Positions 38,601 to 50,500 of a DNA stretch of 64,000 nucleotides are shown one piece after another. The notes below the pieces were generated by a model. The model was given only the letters and a program-made list of their open reading frames with translations. It did not search any database and was not told the DNA's origin. Source of the DNA: Magallana gigas (taxonomy: Eukaryota); assembly GCF_963853765.1 (NCBI RefSeq), contig NC_088856.1:27590001-27654000 (forward strand), in the 5' to 3' direction. Positions within the stretch are counted from its first letter, which is position 1, and each line of letters opens with the position of its first letter. Made by a program: the position numbers and the translations under genes.

Positions 38601-41400
38601 TATTTCCTTTTTTTTTAAATACAAGTCTTGCTTAATTGAATCTATGACACAATACTCCGGGTATTGATAATATCAGATTTTTTTCCTCTTCGCATACTGA
38701 TACATTAGGTATATACGTACCGTTCCAGAAATACATTGGTCTAGATTTAAAACAAAATATGTGAGGTATTCAGAAGTGTATTTTGTCATAAATAGCGGTG
38801 TCTATGTATCGTTACCTAGCGTCTAGGGCCGCACGGACTGCATTTTTGTGATCGGCTTCGGCCGATCACAGTTGTGTCTATATGAGGCATCCGACAAATT
38901 GTACAATCTGCGCATGCATTGCGCTTTGCACTATTGTATTTACTTTGCAATGACAGCCTTATTAGAATCACATATATTACTATAAATTGTACTCTTATGC
39001 GTTTGCCTTGAAAGTAATTCAATTATACAGTTACATGCATGATGATTCAAATCACGTTTTTCCTCACGTATGCGTAAGAATATTAATCGGAAATATAATT
39101 TGCCTACTAAAGGTAAAGCTAATCCATGCATTGCAAATTCGGAAATGAACAAATCAGTGCTGTATATCTTGTTTATCATGTTTAATGCACATACCGTAAT
39201 GCTTTCGCATTACATTTACATAGCTGACCAATGATATAACGTGCCGATCATTCCTTTAAAAGGAATACTTGTTAACCTCTTCCTTCGAGCTCTGTCCTTA
39301 GAAATAGGATTGTTAAGCATTATAAAATTGGCAGACAATTAATTACATATAATACGTATTCTTTTCAGATGATCCATTTATTAACATATATATTTAAAGC
39401 GGTATTCACGTTTAAAATTTCATCACAGAGGTTTGTTCCTCTCTTTTAAGGTAACTATTTTATGTCAAGTCTAGTCTAAAAATTATGTATCATACATGTA
39501 TATTAATTCTATTTGTATATTTATATTTTACAATGCCAAAAAAAAACCTATATTGAATAAATTGTGGAAAGAAAATTACATTTTTACAGAGTTTTGTAAG
39601 GGACTATATTTACATTCAATTTTGTTGCGGTGTTCTAGAAGAAAATGAACAATTTTCATAGCTCAGTAGTTTTAGAGTACTGTTACTTTGATTTCCTAGT
39701 TTTTCAGCGCAGAACAGACTTTCAGATAGTTTGTGTATATATTCATGTTGCTCGGAAAAACAGATTTGAACAATATGTTGTCATTTCTATCGATATATTT
39801 TGGCATATTTAGCTTATATTTCAGAGAAGTGAAAAAAAATTAACTCCAATTTTTGCCTAGAATTAGCTCATTTTGTGCCGTATCTCAAATTATTTAAATG
39901 TGACTCCTTCTTTATTCACTTTTACATGAGACATTAAATACATGTCTATTTGTAGACAAAGTTTTGGAAAGATGGCATTACTAAATTTTTTTATTTGTGT
40001 TATTTTTTAATTTCTCCAAAATTTTGTAACAATTTTAACATTTGCTGTTTTGTTCATTATAAGCTGACATCAGAAGCTACCAGTAAAGGAAGATTTTTTA
40101 AACGTTGACTGAGATTATACTTTTACAGTCACTACATGCGTTCAGCTTTATACTGTATTAAAATCATAATTAAATAATAGTTCAAGCTATAAATATGTGT
40201 TTGATTTCTTCAAATAATCAATTTGCCAGCCAAATTTTAACAATAATTTCAGGAAATTTATCCTTTCTGTTTTGGGCACCATATTTCCAAAAATGACATG
40301 TCAAATGACAAAAATGACAAATACAAAAAATGAACATTTTAAGACTCCATCTTTATATCCAAGTGGTTTCCGAATGATTGACATTACTAGTATTTCAGGT
40401 GCCAACCTCCTTAAACCTTACAATGCCAATTTCTGAATCTTGATTGAATATGGCAAATTACATTCAAATGTTGGTAGATGATTATTGAATAAGCTGATTT
40501 AAGTTCCTAAATCATTTAAATTAAAAATAATAATAAAGAAATGTAAGCTTAAATCGTGACTTTGTTCATTTAATAACATGTTTTAGGATCTCAGTCCTAT
40601 TCTAGCTACTTATATTCTTATATAATAAGAACGGAAGTGCCCCTTAAAAAAGATCATTAACGAGAAGTTGAACTGTATATATCTGTTCGTTATTTTCAAC
40701 AACAGAAACAATAGCAGCATTTGATGAAATTTGTGTTCAATATTATTACCCAAAAAAAAAGCAAGTCGAATGATTACCTTAACGAGTTCTTTATGTATTT
40801 TTTTTAGTCGATATTGCTCATGGGTACTGATAAGGAGTTACCAAACACTGGCATTTACGACGTGGCCAAAATGATATAATTATTTAGGGGTGTTTTTTCT
40901 ACAGAATAAAAACCCTATGCAATATGTATCGGTATTATTTTCCTTGAGCATTTTACAACGAAACCACAACTAGAGTGACTATTCCTGTGGCTGATATAAA
41001 GAAGATGCAATACTCCTCTATCAATACATTGGACTTTGACACAACCTATAACATCCTAAGAATTAAAAAAACATAATGTAACATAAATGGTAAATGAAAA
41101 TGGGTGATGAGTTCCGAGAGACACTCTGAAGTCGCAAACGCCCGATTTTTTTATTGTTCCGAGTATCTTATATCACGTGATCAAATGGTATAAATACGAG
41201 ATGCCGTGAGTTTGCAGTCAGTCACCGTGTAGACGCTGAAGTGAATACTTCCAGGTAAGCTTATTGTTCGTAATTCAATATTGATTTGCAAACAATAATA
41301 CTGGCGTATAGAAGCAACTTGTCTTCGTGACCGTTGTTTGTTAGATTCAGCGGGTAGACGTTTGTTACCAGTTACGAGCTCGAGGGTGCTTCGTGGAGTT

Positions 41401-41490
41401 GCTTTGAAGTGACCGATAGAAGCGACGGGTTGTTTGAAGCGACCGATATAAGCGACGGGTCGCTTGAAGTGACTGATAGAAGCGACGGGG
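41401..41490. repeat. 30-bp minisatellite, 3 copies, CpG-rich
   Basis: TTGAAG(T/C)GAC(C/T)GATA(G/T)AAGCGACGGG repeated three times. Confidence 0.85.
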
Positions 41491-41715
41491 TGTGTCGGAG
41501 CGACGCATAGAGTGCGGGTAGGGCCCATACATTCAAATATTTATATTTAATTGAGTTTTAAATCAATAAACGCTAGGGAAGCGACAAGGAAAATTAATAT
41601 ATATCTTAAATAATTATCATAAAAATCAAACACCCCAGCAAGGTATCTGAGGGGACCCGTAATAATTATTAGCGTGTTTAGGCAGACACGTTACAATTAT
41701 ATCGCATATTGGAGC

Positions 41716-41908
41716 TTGTCTCAGATATGCGCATTTATCTCAGTAACTATTCGCCGGAAATTTTGGGTATGATTGGGTTGGGTTTTAACGGGTGTCTTTA
41801 TATTAGTTACTTCCCTTCTAGAATAATCCCTTTTCTAAAACAATCGTAGATTAGGTAAGACGTAGTAAATTTGCTAAAATAAGTGTTTACCTAATCTTGC
41901 TTTTTTAT
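41716..41908 (+). repeat. Direct repeat, copy 1 (putative A1 terminal repeat)
   Basis: TTGTCTCAGATATG...GTTACTTCCCTTCTAGAATAATCCCTTTTCTAAAACAATCGT...TTGCTTTTTTAT matches 46220-46408. Confidence 0.9.
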
Positions 41909-42167
41909 GGCTGTTATAACAAAGCATTCAACTCATATTGTGTAATGATGTAAGCTGCCAGAAGTAATAAGTATGGATGGTCTAAATTTGTATAGATTTT
42001 TGATCGATTGAATTTATTTACATGGTTTTTATTTATGTTCGGCTGAAAACCACGTGAGGGTATAATAGTCAGAACGGAATGCAGCACTAATAAAACATCG
42101 TTCATTTTACCCGTTAAGTATTTACTATTTATGCTAATTTTATTTATTTCTTATTATTCCGCGCAAA

Positions 42168-43236
42168 ATGCCCAAAACAAAAAAATCGGATTTATCGGCG
42201 ACGAGGAGCCAGGAGACAACAGAGGCCCGAGAGGGCAGGGCGTGCATGCAGCAGTACAGCAGCAGAGCATGTAGCGCAACCTCCAGTGGAAAATCAGATG
42301 GTGGCTTCCCATTCCCCTCAGCCCTCCACAGCACCCTTGATGGTGGCGCCATCCGTCACAGTGCTAGGAACAACACATGCTATTGGCTCAACCCTGCAAG
42401 AATCGGCAGAAATGGCACAAGGTACTAACATTGGTGCTCAATCTCAGTCTTTAATGTTTGGCGATAACTTTAGTCAACCTTTCATTAACAATTCAACACA
42501 AGTAGATTTAGGCTACCATGTAGATAATGCAACCAAACACAAAATTGTCAATGGAGAATACGTTAATTTAGCCACCCTGCTTGTGCGTGATGCTATAAGT
42601 TACAACTATCCACATTGTCAATGGACTCGGCCAAATTATAGCGCAGCCCAAACACAATCATAGATTGACAACCATTGAGAAATGGACAGATGCCTTCATC
42701 ATTTATGCATGCATATATCTTACAGCCCACCCTAGCAAAACACACCAGCTATTCAAATACATGCATGACGTTAGGTTGGGGGCCGAAAAATCGCAGGGTT
42801 GAGTAACATATGATGAGCAATACAGGCTTCAGATGGCAATTAACCCATCAAATAACTGGGGGTAATAGATAGCGAATTGTGGCTGGTGTATATGACGCCC
42901 ACGATCCAGTTCAATACAAATCGTTCATCAATTTCGCCAAACAAGTGCTTTGACTTTAACTACAGAGATTTTTGTACCAGAATCCATTGTGCATATCTGC
43001 ACCAGTGCATCAGATGTAACAATAAACATCCATTAATCGCTGCATGGACACTCAAACTCCTACACACCCAAATGGTCAGTCATTTCGGGGACAAGGATTT
43101 ACATTTACACTGTTTCAGTTTCAGTCCACCTATCAACCAAGGCAAGTCTTACCACAATCAAGACAATTTACACCACAGCCAAGACATGTTGCACCACAGT
43201 CAAGACATGTAACACCACAGTCAAGACAAATGGGAC
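42168..43236 (+). pseudogene. gag-like ORF, fragmented
   Basis: Frame-shifted pieces KIVNGEYVNLATLL, IEKWTDAFIIY...FKYMHDVR, YDEQYRL...W and a Cys/His cluster CFDFNYRDFCTRIHCAYLHQCIRCNNKH, typical of DIRS-order gag. Confidence 0.7.
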
Positions 43237-44750
43237 TTGGGCGTTTCCCCACCAAAGACACAACAAATACTGGAACATTTAATTAACTACCCAGATAGAG
43301 AGGCAGCACATGCTTTAAGGGAGGGTCTAGTTAACGGGTTTAAGTTGCAATACGAGGGTCCCCAGTTTCCAATTTTTAGTAGCAGTTTAGTGTCTGCAAA
43401 GCAGCATCCAAATGTTTTACAAGAAAAAATAGATAAGGAAATTACAGAAGGGTGTATGGCAGGCCCCTTTCAGTCTCCCCCTATGTTAAACGTTCATGTG
43501 TTCCCCATAGGTGTTGTTCCAAAAGCTGATGGCGGTTGGAGAATGGTAATGCACCTTTCATACCCACCGTCTGCAAGCATTAATCACAACATTGACCCTA
43601 TTCACACAACAGTAAAATACACACCATTCGACACAGTCATTCAAACAATAAGTCAATTGGGGAGAGGGACAATTATTGCAAAATCTGATATAAAAAGCGC
43701 CTTTCGTTTACTTAGGATATTCCCATGGGATTTTGAATTATTAGGATTACAGTTTGAAGGTAAATTCTATTTTGATAAGTGCTTGCCATTTGAGTGTTCC
43801 ATTTCATGTAAACTATTCGAAATGTTTTCAACATTTTTAGAGTGGTTAGCTTAGGAAAGATCAGGGTTCAAGACCATTCATCATTACTTAGATGATTTCA
43901 TCTTCATAGGGAGTGCTAACACAAGTCAGTGTAAATTTATTATGCAAAATTTGGAGGAGTTGTGTTCGGAAATTGGTGTACCCTTGAACGCAGAGAAAAC
44001 AGTTTTGCCCACTACTAATTTAGTGTTTCTTGGTCTGGAAATAGACACGGTCAAAATGCAAATCTCTATTCCACAGGAGAAAGTATATCAACTTTCTACT
44101 CGTTTAAAATTTTGGGTAGGTAAGAAGAAAATTAAGTTGTCAGAGCTACAATCTCTAGTGGGCAAGTTAAATTTTTTCAGCAAGGCTATACCAGGTAGTA
44201 GAGCATTTAATCGCAGGTTTTACAATGCTATGATAGGAACTAGTAAACCAAATCATCATATTCGGATATCTGGGTCCATGCATCAAGATATGAAAACCTG
44301 GATCCAATTCTTGGATAGATATAATGGGGTGGTATACTTTCCGGACAGTGAGTGGAGTACCTCGCGATCGGATACACTGAAACTCTTCACAGATAGTGCA
44401 GGGTCAGCAGAATTAGGTTGTGGTTGTTATTTTCAGGACCAATGGATGTTCCATCAATTACCAGAACAATGGGCTTACAATGAAATTTTGCGTGATATTA
44501 CTTTTATAGAGTTAGTTCCAATTGTGTTGTCATTGAGGGTCTGGGGAAGCCTCTTGCATAATAAAAACTTCTCCTTTTCATAGACAATATAGCTTTGGTT
44601 CATATTATAAACAAACAGTCGTCTAGGTCAGAGCGTGTCATGTCATTAGTTAGGCCCTTAATGCTAGTTGCTTTAGAGTACAATATTCAGTTTAAAGCCA
44701 ACTCCATCCCAGGCAAACTTAATCAAATAGCTGAGACCGTGCTTTCTCAA
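43237..44750 (+). pseudogene. Reverse transcriptase / RNase H (pol), interrupted
   Basis: RT motifs PIGVVPK, AKSDIKSAFR, FDKCLPF and, after an in-frame TAG at 43852, HYLDDF. RNase H motifs LFTDSAGS and ITFIELVPI, then a frameshift to IDNIALV. Confidence 0.92.
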
Positions 44751-44779
44751 GTGAAATAGAGCGTTTATTCAGTGCATCT

Positions 44780-45628
44780 ATGTCAGTGAACACTAGCAAG
44801 GCATACAGGGTAGGGATCCAAGCGTTTGAACAGTTTCGTATTGACCAAGGGTTGTCACTGGTTTGGCCGCCACCAGACACACACTTAAACATGTTTATTG
44901 CACATCTGTCAATGAAACACTACAAACACTCGACTGAAAAATCATACATTGCAGTGATAAGCTTCAAATGCAAAAGTCATACATTATATGATCACACAAA
45001 AAACTTTGTCACCCAAAAGCTACTCCAAGGTATGAGAAGATCCACCAATACAGCAGACACACTGTTACCAATCACACTGGACATTTTACAAACTATTATC
45101 CCAAACCTTCAATGTGTTTGCTATAGCAATTATGAAACCTCAATGTATAAGGCTGCCTTTTCCCTTGCATTCATTACATTACTTAGGATAGGTGGAATTG
45201 CTCTATCTAAGGCTAATTCACATGAAACCATAATCCAATGCCAAGATGTTTCACTGTTAACTAACAAACTTATGGTAAGCATTAAACACTCCAAAACCGA
45301 TCAATGGGGTAGGGGAGTGACATTGTCAGTTAATGCATCACATGGAATGACGTGCCCAGTAAATGCAATGCAAGAGTTTTTCCAAGTGCGCCCAAGCATT
45401 ACGGGCCCATTATTTTGTCATTTTTCGGGGAAACCACTAACACGGTATCAGTTTAGTGCAGTCCTAGCTAAGGTTTTGGCAAAGTCATCCATTGATAGTA
45501 AAAATTATAAGTCGCACTCCTTTCGGATAGGAGCAGCTACTACATTAGCGCTTCAGGGCGAAACACAACATGTCATCCAATTGGCGAGTAGATGGCAATC
45601 TAATGCCTATCGCACATATATTCGTTAA
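44780..45628 (+). CDS. Tyrosine recombinase (integrase) of the retroelement, 282 aa open frame
   Basis: Catalytic signature LLR(I), HSKTDQ, HSFRIGAAT, RWQSNAYRTYIR. Confidence 0.92.
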   Translation: MSVNTSKAYRVGIQAFEQFRIDQGLSLVWPPPDTHLNMFIAHLSMKHYKHSTEKSYIAVISFKCKSHTLYDHTKNFVTQKLLQGMRRSTNTADTLLPITLDILQTIIPNLQCVCYSNYETSMYKAAFSLAFITLLRIGGIALSKANSHETIIQCQDVSLLTNKLMVSIKHSKTDQWGRGVTLSVNASHGMTCPVNAMQEFFQVRPSITGPLFCHFSGKPLTRYQFSAVLAKVLAKSSIDSKNYKSHSFRIGAATTLALQGETQHVIQLASRWQSNAYRTYIR

Positions 45629-45818
45629 TGATAAGAATTATTGGGCTAGTCTTATATACCATGATACATTCATCATTTGTAATAAATACTAATTAAGCTT
45701 AACATATATTCGTTAATTATAAGCATTATTGGGCTAGTCTTATATCATACATTCATTATTTGTAGTAAATAGTAGCTAAGCTTAACATCTACCAAGTTTT
45801 GTGCACATAAGTGTCAAT

Positions 45819-46219
45819 AAAGCGTGGGTCATAGGATCCTCCATAGTCAAGAGAGCAAGCATAGAGTTCAGGGAACGAAAGGGGGGACTAAACCTTGGAA
45901 TAGCTAAGACCGAAATATGGTGGCAAGGCTATGGAGGTATGGTCCTTAGTCAGTTAATTCCCAAGCTTTGAGTGCTGCGAAGAATTGAGAATGACCCGGA
46001 TTTATTAATTAATTATACACTTCGGAGCAAATAGTTTAGGTCTCATTGAGTCAAAGTCATTGCTGGAAAAGCTCCAAGACACACTGGAAGAAATGGCCAA
46101 GCTTTTCCCTCGTTCTAAATTGGTATGGTCAAAACCTGCTCCCTAAATTCAATTGGAGGTATTCAGAGGACATTAGGGCCATGGAGGACTCAAGAAAAAG
46201 AGTCAATATGGGAGTAATA
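45819..46219 (+). pseudogene. SGNH/GDSL hydrolase-like ORF, disrupted and C-terminally truncated
   Basis: Hand translation across one stop and two frameshifts: KAWVIGSSIVKRA...IWWQGYGGM...LIIHFGANSLG...LVWSNLLPKFNWRY...RKRVN (blocks I-III). No DxxH block is present. Confidence 0.7.
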
Positions 46220-46408
46220 TTGTCTCAGATATGTGCATTTATCTCATTAACTATTAGCCGGAAATTTTGGGTATGATCGGGTTGGGTTTTAAGGGGTGTT
46301 TTTATATTAGTTACTTCCCTTCTAGAATAATCCCTTTTCTAAAACAATCGTGGATTAGGTAAGACGTCGTTAATTAAAATAATGTTTAACCTAATTTTGC
46401 TTTTTTAT
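46220..46408 (+). repeat. Direct repeat, copy 2 (putative A2 terminal repeat)
   Basis: Colinear match to 41716-41908. Confidence 0.9.
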
Positions 46409-47546
46409 CCCACCCACCCACTACCCATACTTGTTAGAATGCACATGGTCTTTGTCCTTACTTGGTATGATTTACTTGATTACATATAACATGTATTTTA
46501 TGTTCATGTGAATCTTTTAGAGCGTATTCTGCTGTTTTTTTTCCTTTGCAGCTGTACACTGGTTCATCAAAATGGCTACACTGGTCCGTGGATAATGTCG
46601 CGGTGAAGAATTTCGACCGCACCTCAACACAAATGGAAGAGTCGACACATATTCTACGCACATGACGTCATATTGGACAGTTAATCCTAATTCAAATCCA
46701 TAATGATGGATATGCACATGTTAAAATTTTATTCCATTTATTTGTCATTCAAGGTTGCTTATATCATGGCTTAAGTAATGTTAAAATATTCATTATAACG
46801 TAAATGCACTTGCGTTTACCTAGTGCATGATTACGTCATATTTGCTTATTGATAATTTGCTTGTTGATGACGTCATAATTACGTCATAGTCGCTTATTGA
46901 TTACATCATGTTTGCTTAATGCTTGCTGCTTTGCTTTTTGCTTGCTTGTTTTTGTTGGGGCGGCCCTACGGTAGCCCCCATAATTTTACCGCGGCCAGAA
47001 GCGCCAAATAAACTATTCTTAGATAACTTGGTTTTCATGTTATTTATCAGGTATCTGGGATAATAAACAATCCAAAGAAAAGGTTATTTTAACATAAATT
47101 TTCAATTTTATAAGTTCCATCGGCAACCCAAAACAAAAAACTCTGTGCGCAATTCAATCAAACCGGATGTGTTCGTTCTATCCAGATCAAGGTCCTTGGT
47201 CGCAACCAGAGTTCAAGGTCAACAAATTGTTCTTAACTATTTTAAAGTTAACTGGAAATCAGTCACACCGACGGCAAGACAAAGAACTGTTTTTATTTCA
47301 TATAGTAAAAACATTCTACTGGGTGAAAACTTTGGTTAAGCCTATATTCCTGATTAACTTGTTTTCGCTAATAGATAATTATTTCCTTGTTTTTTAAGTT
47401 TTAAAGTACTTCCACAACATTTGTCAATCATAAAAATGTATACTATGCATATATATGGAACACAGTTATAAACATTTGAATATTTTAAAAATGACATTGG
47501 TGGATGATGAAGTAAATGATAAACGACCAATTAAGCTGGATACATA

Positions 47547-50500
47547 ATGTACAACTATACATCATATGAAGATGACTACAACTATCCAGCAGTTGAATAT
47601 AGATATACTTGTAAGTACATGTATGTCTATAGTATTTGAATCTTTAAAAAGTAAAAAAAAAAGTTTGGAAAGTTAACACATTTTGTGCTTTAAACTATTT
47701 TATACCAATTAAAAATGCAATACGTTATAAAATTACTTATTTTGTTGTTTGTGTTTAAGTATGGTTTTAATTATCTAAATCTACGTACGTGTATATTGCA
47801 ATTAAATAAATGTCGACGTTATGAACATAAAGCAATAACAGTTACTCATGTTTGAGATGTGTCTTTTAATAATAAATAATGTTCTAATTGTCCCACTGAT
47901 TTCATAACTATTATTGTAAATTTAATATTGTAAAATAGTAAAGACAAATGATAATGATACAGGTATTTTGCAGTACGTATATACTAGAAACTCTGAAATC
48001 TTTTGTAAATTAGCATTGAAGTCAGCATTCTTTAAACAAATTCTCAATAACTGTGGAATCACTAAAATTCGTGGGGGCCAATTTTCGTTAATTGCCTAAA
48101 TTCTAAAATTTAAGGTGTCGCAATTTCGTGTTTTATTTTATACATAAAAAGGAAATATTACTTAATAACCCTAGGTAAATAACTCGTGGAATATGTTTAT
48201 TCGTGGATAGTGGTACCCACGAATTCCACAAGAATTGGGCCACCAGGAAATCTAATGATTCCGCAGTAACGTTTTATAGCCACCAAAAGACAAACTGTTG
48301 ATAATCCTACTTTTAAACTTAGAATTGCCTTGAACAACCATTTACTTCATCTTATAAAAATAAAAAAAAGTTAAGACGTAACAAGAGAAAACACTTACCT
48401 CTGTAGATACTCCAAGTGTAATAGTTTTATAAAGTTTAATTTCCGTTCACTATTGAATTTCGAAAGGATCATTTTGTTTAATGCAATTTCCAAAAATAGA
48501 TTCACTAAAAAATGACGTTACAGATTGTTATTTTGGTAATGCGTATTTGTTTACTAAATACCTTAAACGGCCTATTAGATTCTAAATAGGATATTATCAT
48601 TAATTTAAGAAGAATACTATCAATACTATTTTATCATTTTTTATAATATTTAATGAAATGAATTTTCTTTAACTTCTATTACCGGTGTGGATGTTAATAT
48701 CCGTTTTAAAGTTCCGCGTGATGAATGACGTCTTTTAACAAACATGTTGAATAATGGCAAATTCCTATGCGGAATAAAATTTGGTGAATTCCAAAAAAAA
48801 ATATTTAAGGAATGAATAAAATGGTTGGGGCAGTTTACGCTTTATAAACCGCGAAGCGGTTTATAAAAAAGCGTAAACTGTTTCAAACCATTTTATATCG
48901 TATAAAACTAATAAATATTGAATTAATTGCTTATAATTTAATTTTTTACTCTTTATTGTAGATAAAAACGGTCATTTGACCTTTAAAATGACGTAAAATT
49001 GTACAATATTCAAACGTAACATCAGGCGTATTGATACGTTTTTGACGTTAGTCTTAGTATGACGTAGGCAAAATTTTTTATACGATATAAAATAATTTTG
49101 TAGTCAATCAGAAAGCGCGTTACAACCAGAATTAAATTATTAATTAATAAACTTCTGTAGAGATTTTTAGAAAGACAATGGTTTTAACATAGATGATATA
49201 TGAAGATAAATTTATTTTAGTTAATGAGAGAGACAGTTCCTGCCTACAAAGTCAATGGAGTATTTTTTTCCTAGGCAATGTTAAAAAAACCCTCGTTTGA
49301 CCCGCCTTTTTGAATAATATTACTGCAACAATACTGAAACAAAAACATTTTTAAAAAATCAAAACACTTTGTTTTATCTGACATTAAAACTATTACAAAT
49401 TGCAATTATGAAATCATCGGTGAGTAATGCATTGCAAAAAATCAAAAGTTTTACCGTATTGATTTCATTTTACTCCTTTTTATTGTAAAGGGTACAAATA
49501 TAATTTGATATCATAATTTATCAAATCTATAAACAATTTATTCCTCAATTTGAAAACGTATAAACATGTACCTTTGAGGAAAAAAATACGTATCTCAACA
49601 ACGAACATTTTTTGTTTAATTTGACCAAAAAATATCGTATGTCTTTCTACAATTATTCAAACTGTTTAACAATTTAATTTCTATAAATATATTTAAAGTA
49701 CTTAAAATCATCAAAAAGTATTTTGTTCAATTTTGCCTAAATGATTAATTATCGAAAACATTGCACCAAACATACAGGAATTTTAACAGAATTATTAATT
49801 AAAAAATAACGTTTAAGCTTCCGCCTTATCTAAAAAAAAAAGCAATGTACATTCAAAATACATGACTTTAAACAAAATAAATAAAACTTTAATGGACGTG
49901 AGAACTTAATTTGTTTCAAAATAGAATGATTATATATCGAACAGGGAAATTTCGAATACATGTACCCCGCTTATCTCGAAGTAAATTTACGGCCCCAGTC
50001 ACTAAAACATTTTAGGGCCCCGCAAGGATTTGCGGGTGCCCTATAGTAATCACTCTGTCCGTCCGTCCTTCTGTCCGTCCGTCTGTCACTCTTCCGTCCA
50101 CAAATTTTCTGTTTTTTTCTAATAACTTTTTTGATGGTTGCCCAATCAAGTTCAAATTTGGTATGGTAGTTCAGTAGGCAGAAATACATATTTTGATGCT
50201 AAGTTCGGCTCTCTATGTCTTCTGGTTTGGAGCTGGGGTGGTGGAGAAGATTCCTTAACTATGCATAAGAATGAATGGGCAAAGAGAGATAACTGCTGAG
50301 AATGTTACCATAGTATACTAGGAATGCTGTGCAATATTTGTCCTTTGGGGTTAATTAACCTTCCACAGGAAGAAAATCCTAAGCTTTATCTTTATCTGTC
50401 ACATTGAGATTAATTACTGCACTGTCTGTGTCTGCAAATGAACTTTGTTTTGAAGTTAAGGTCAATTTTGAATGAGGTTTAGTATTGTGTACATTCTTTG

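Larger units (their letters stand above)
41716..46408 (+). mobile_element. Degenerate tyrosine-recombinase retrotransposon (DIRS order, Ngaro-like)
   Basis: Order gag - RT/RNase H - YR - SGNH hydrolase on one strand, bracketed by ~190-bp direct repeats. Stops and frameshifts occur in gag, pol and the hydrolase. The true ends may lie further out. Confidence 0.9.

Noticed and set aside
41181-41528. 115-aa minus-strand ORF with PVASI repeats
   Set aside because: It is the translation of the 30-bp minisatellite.
44780-45628. Tyrosine recombinase as a sign of a prophage or bacterial contamination
   Set aside because: It lies directly after DIRS-type gag and RT/RNase H within the same direct repeats.
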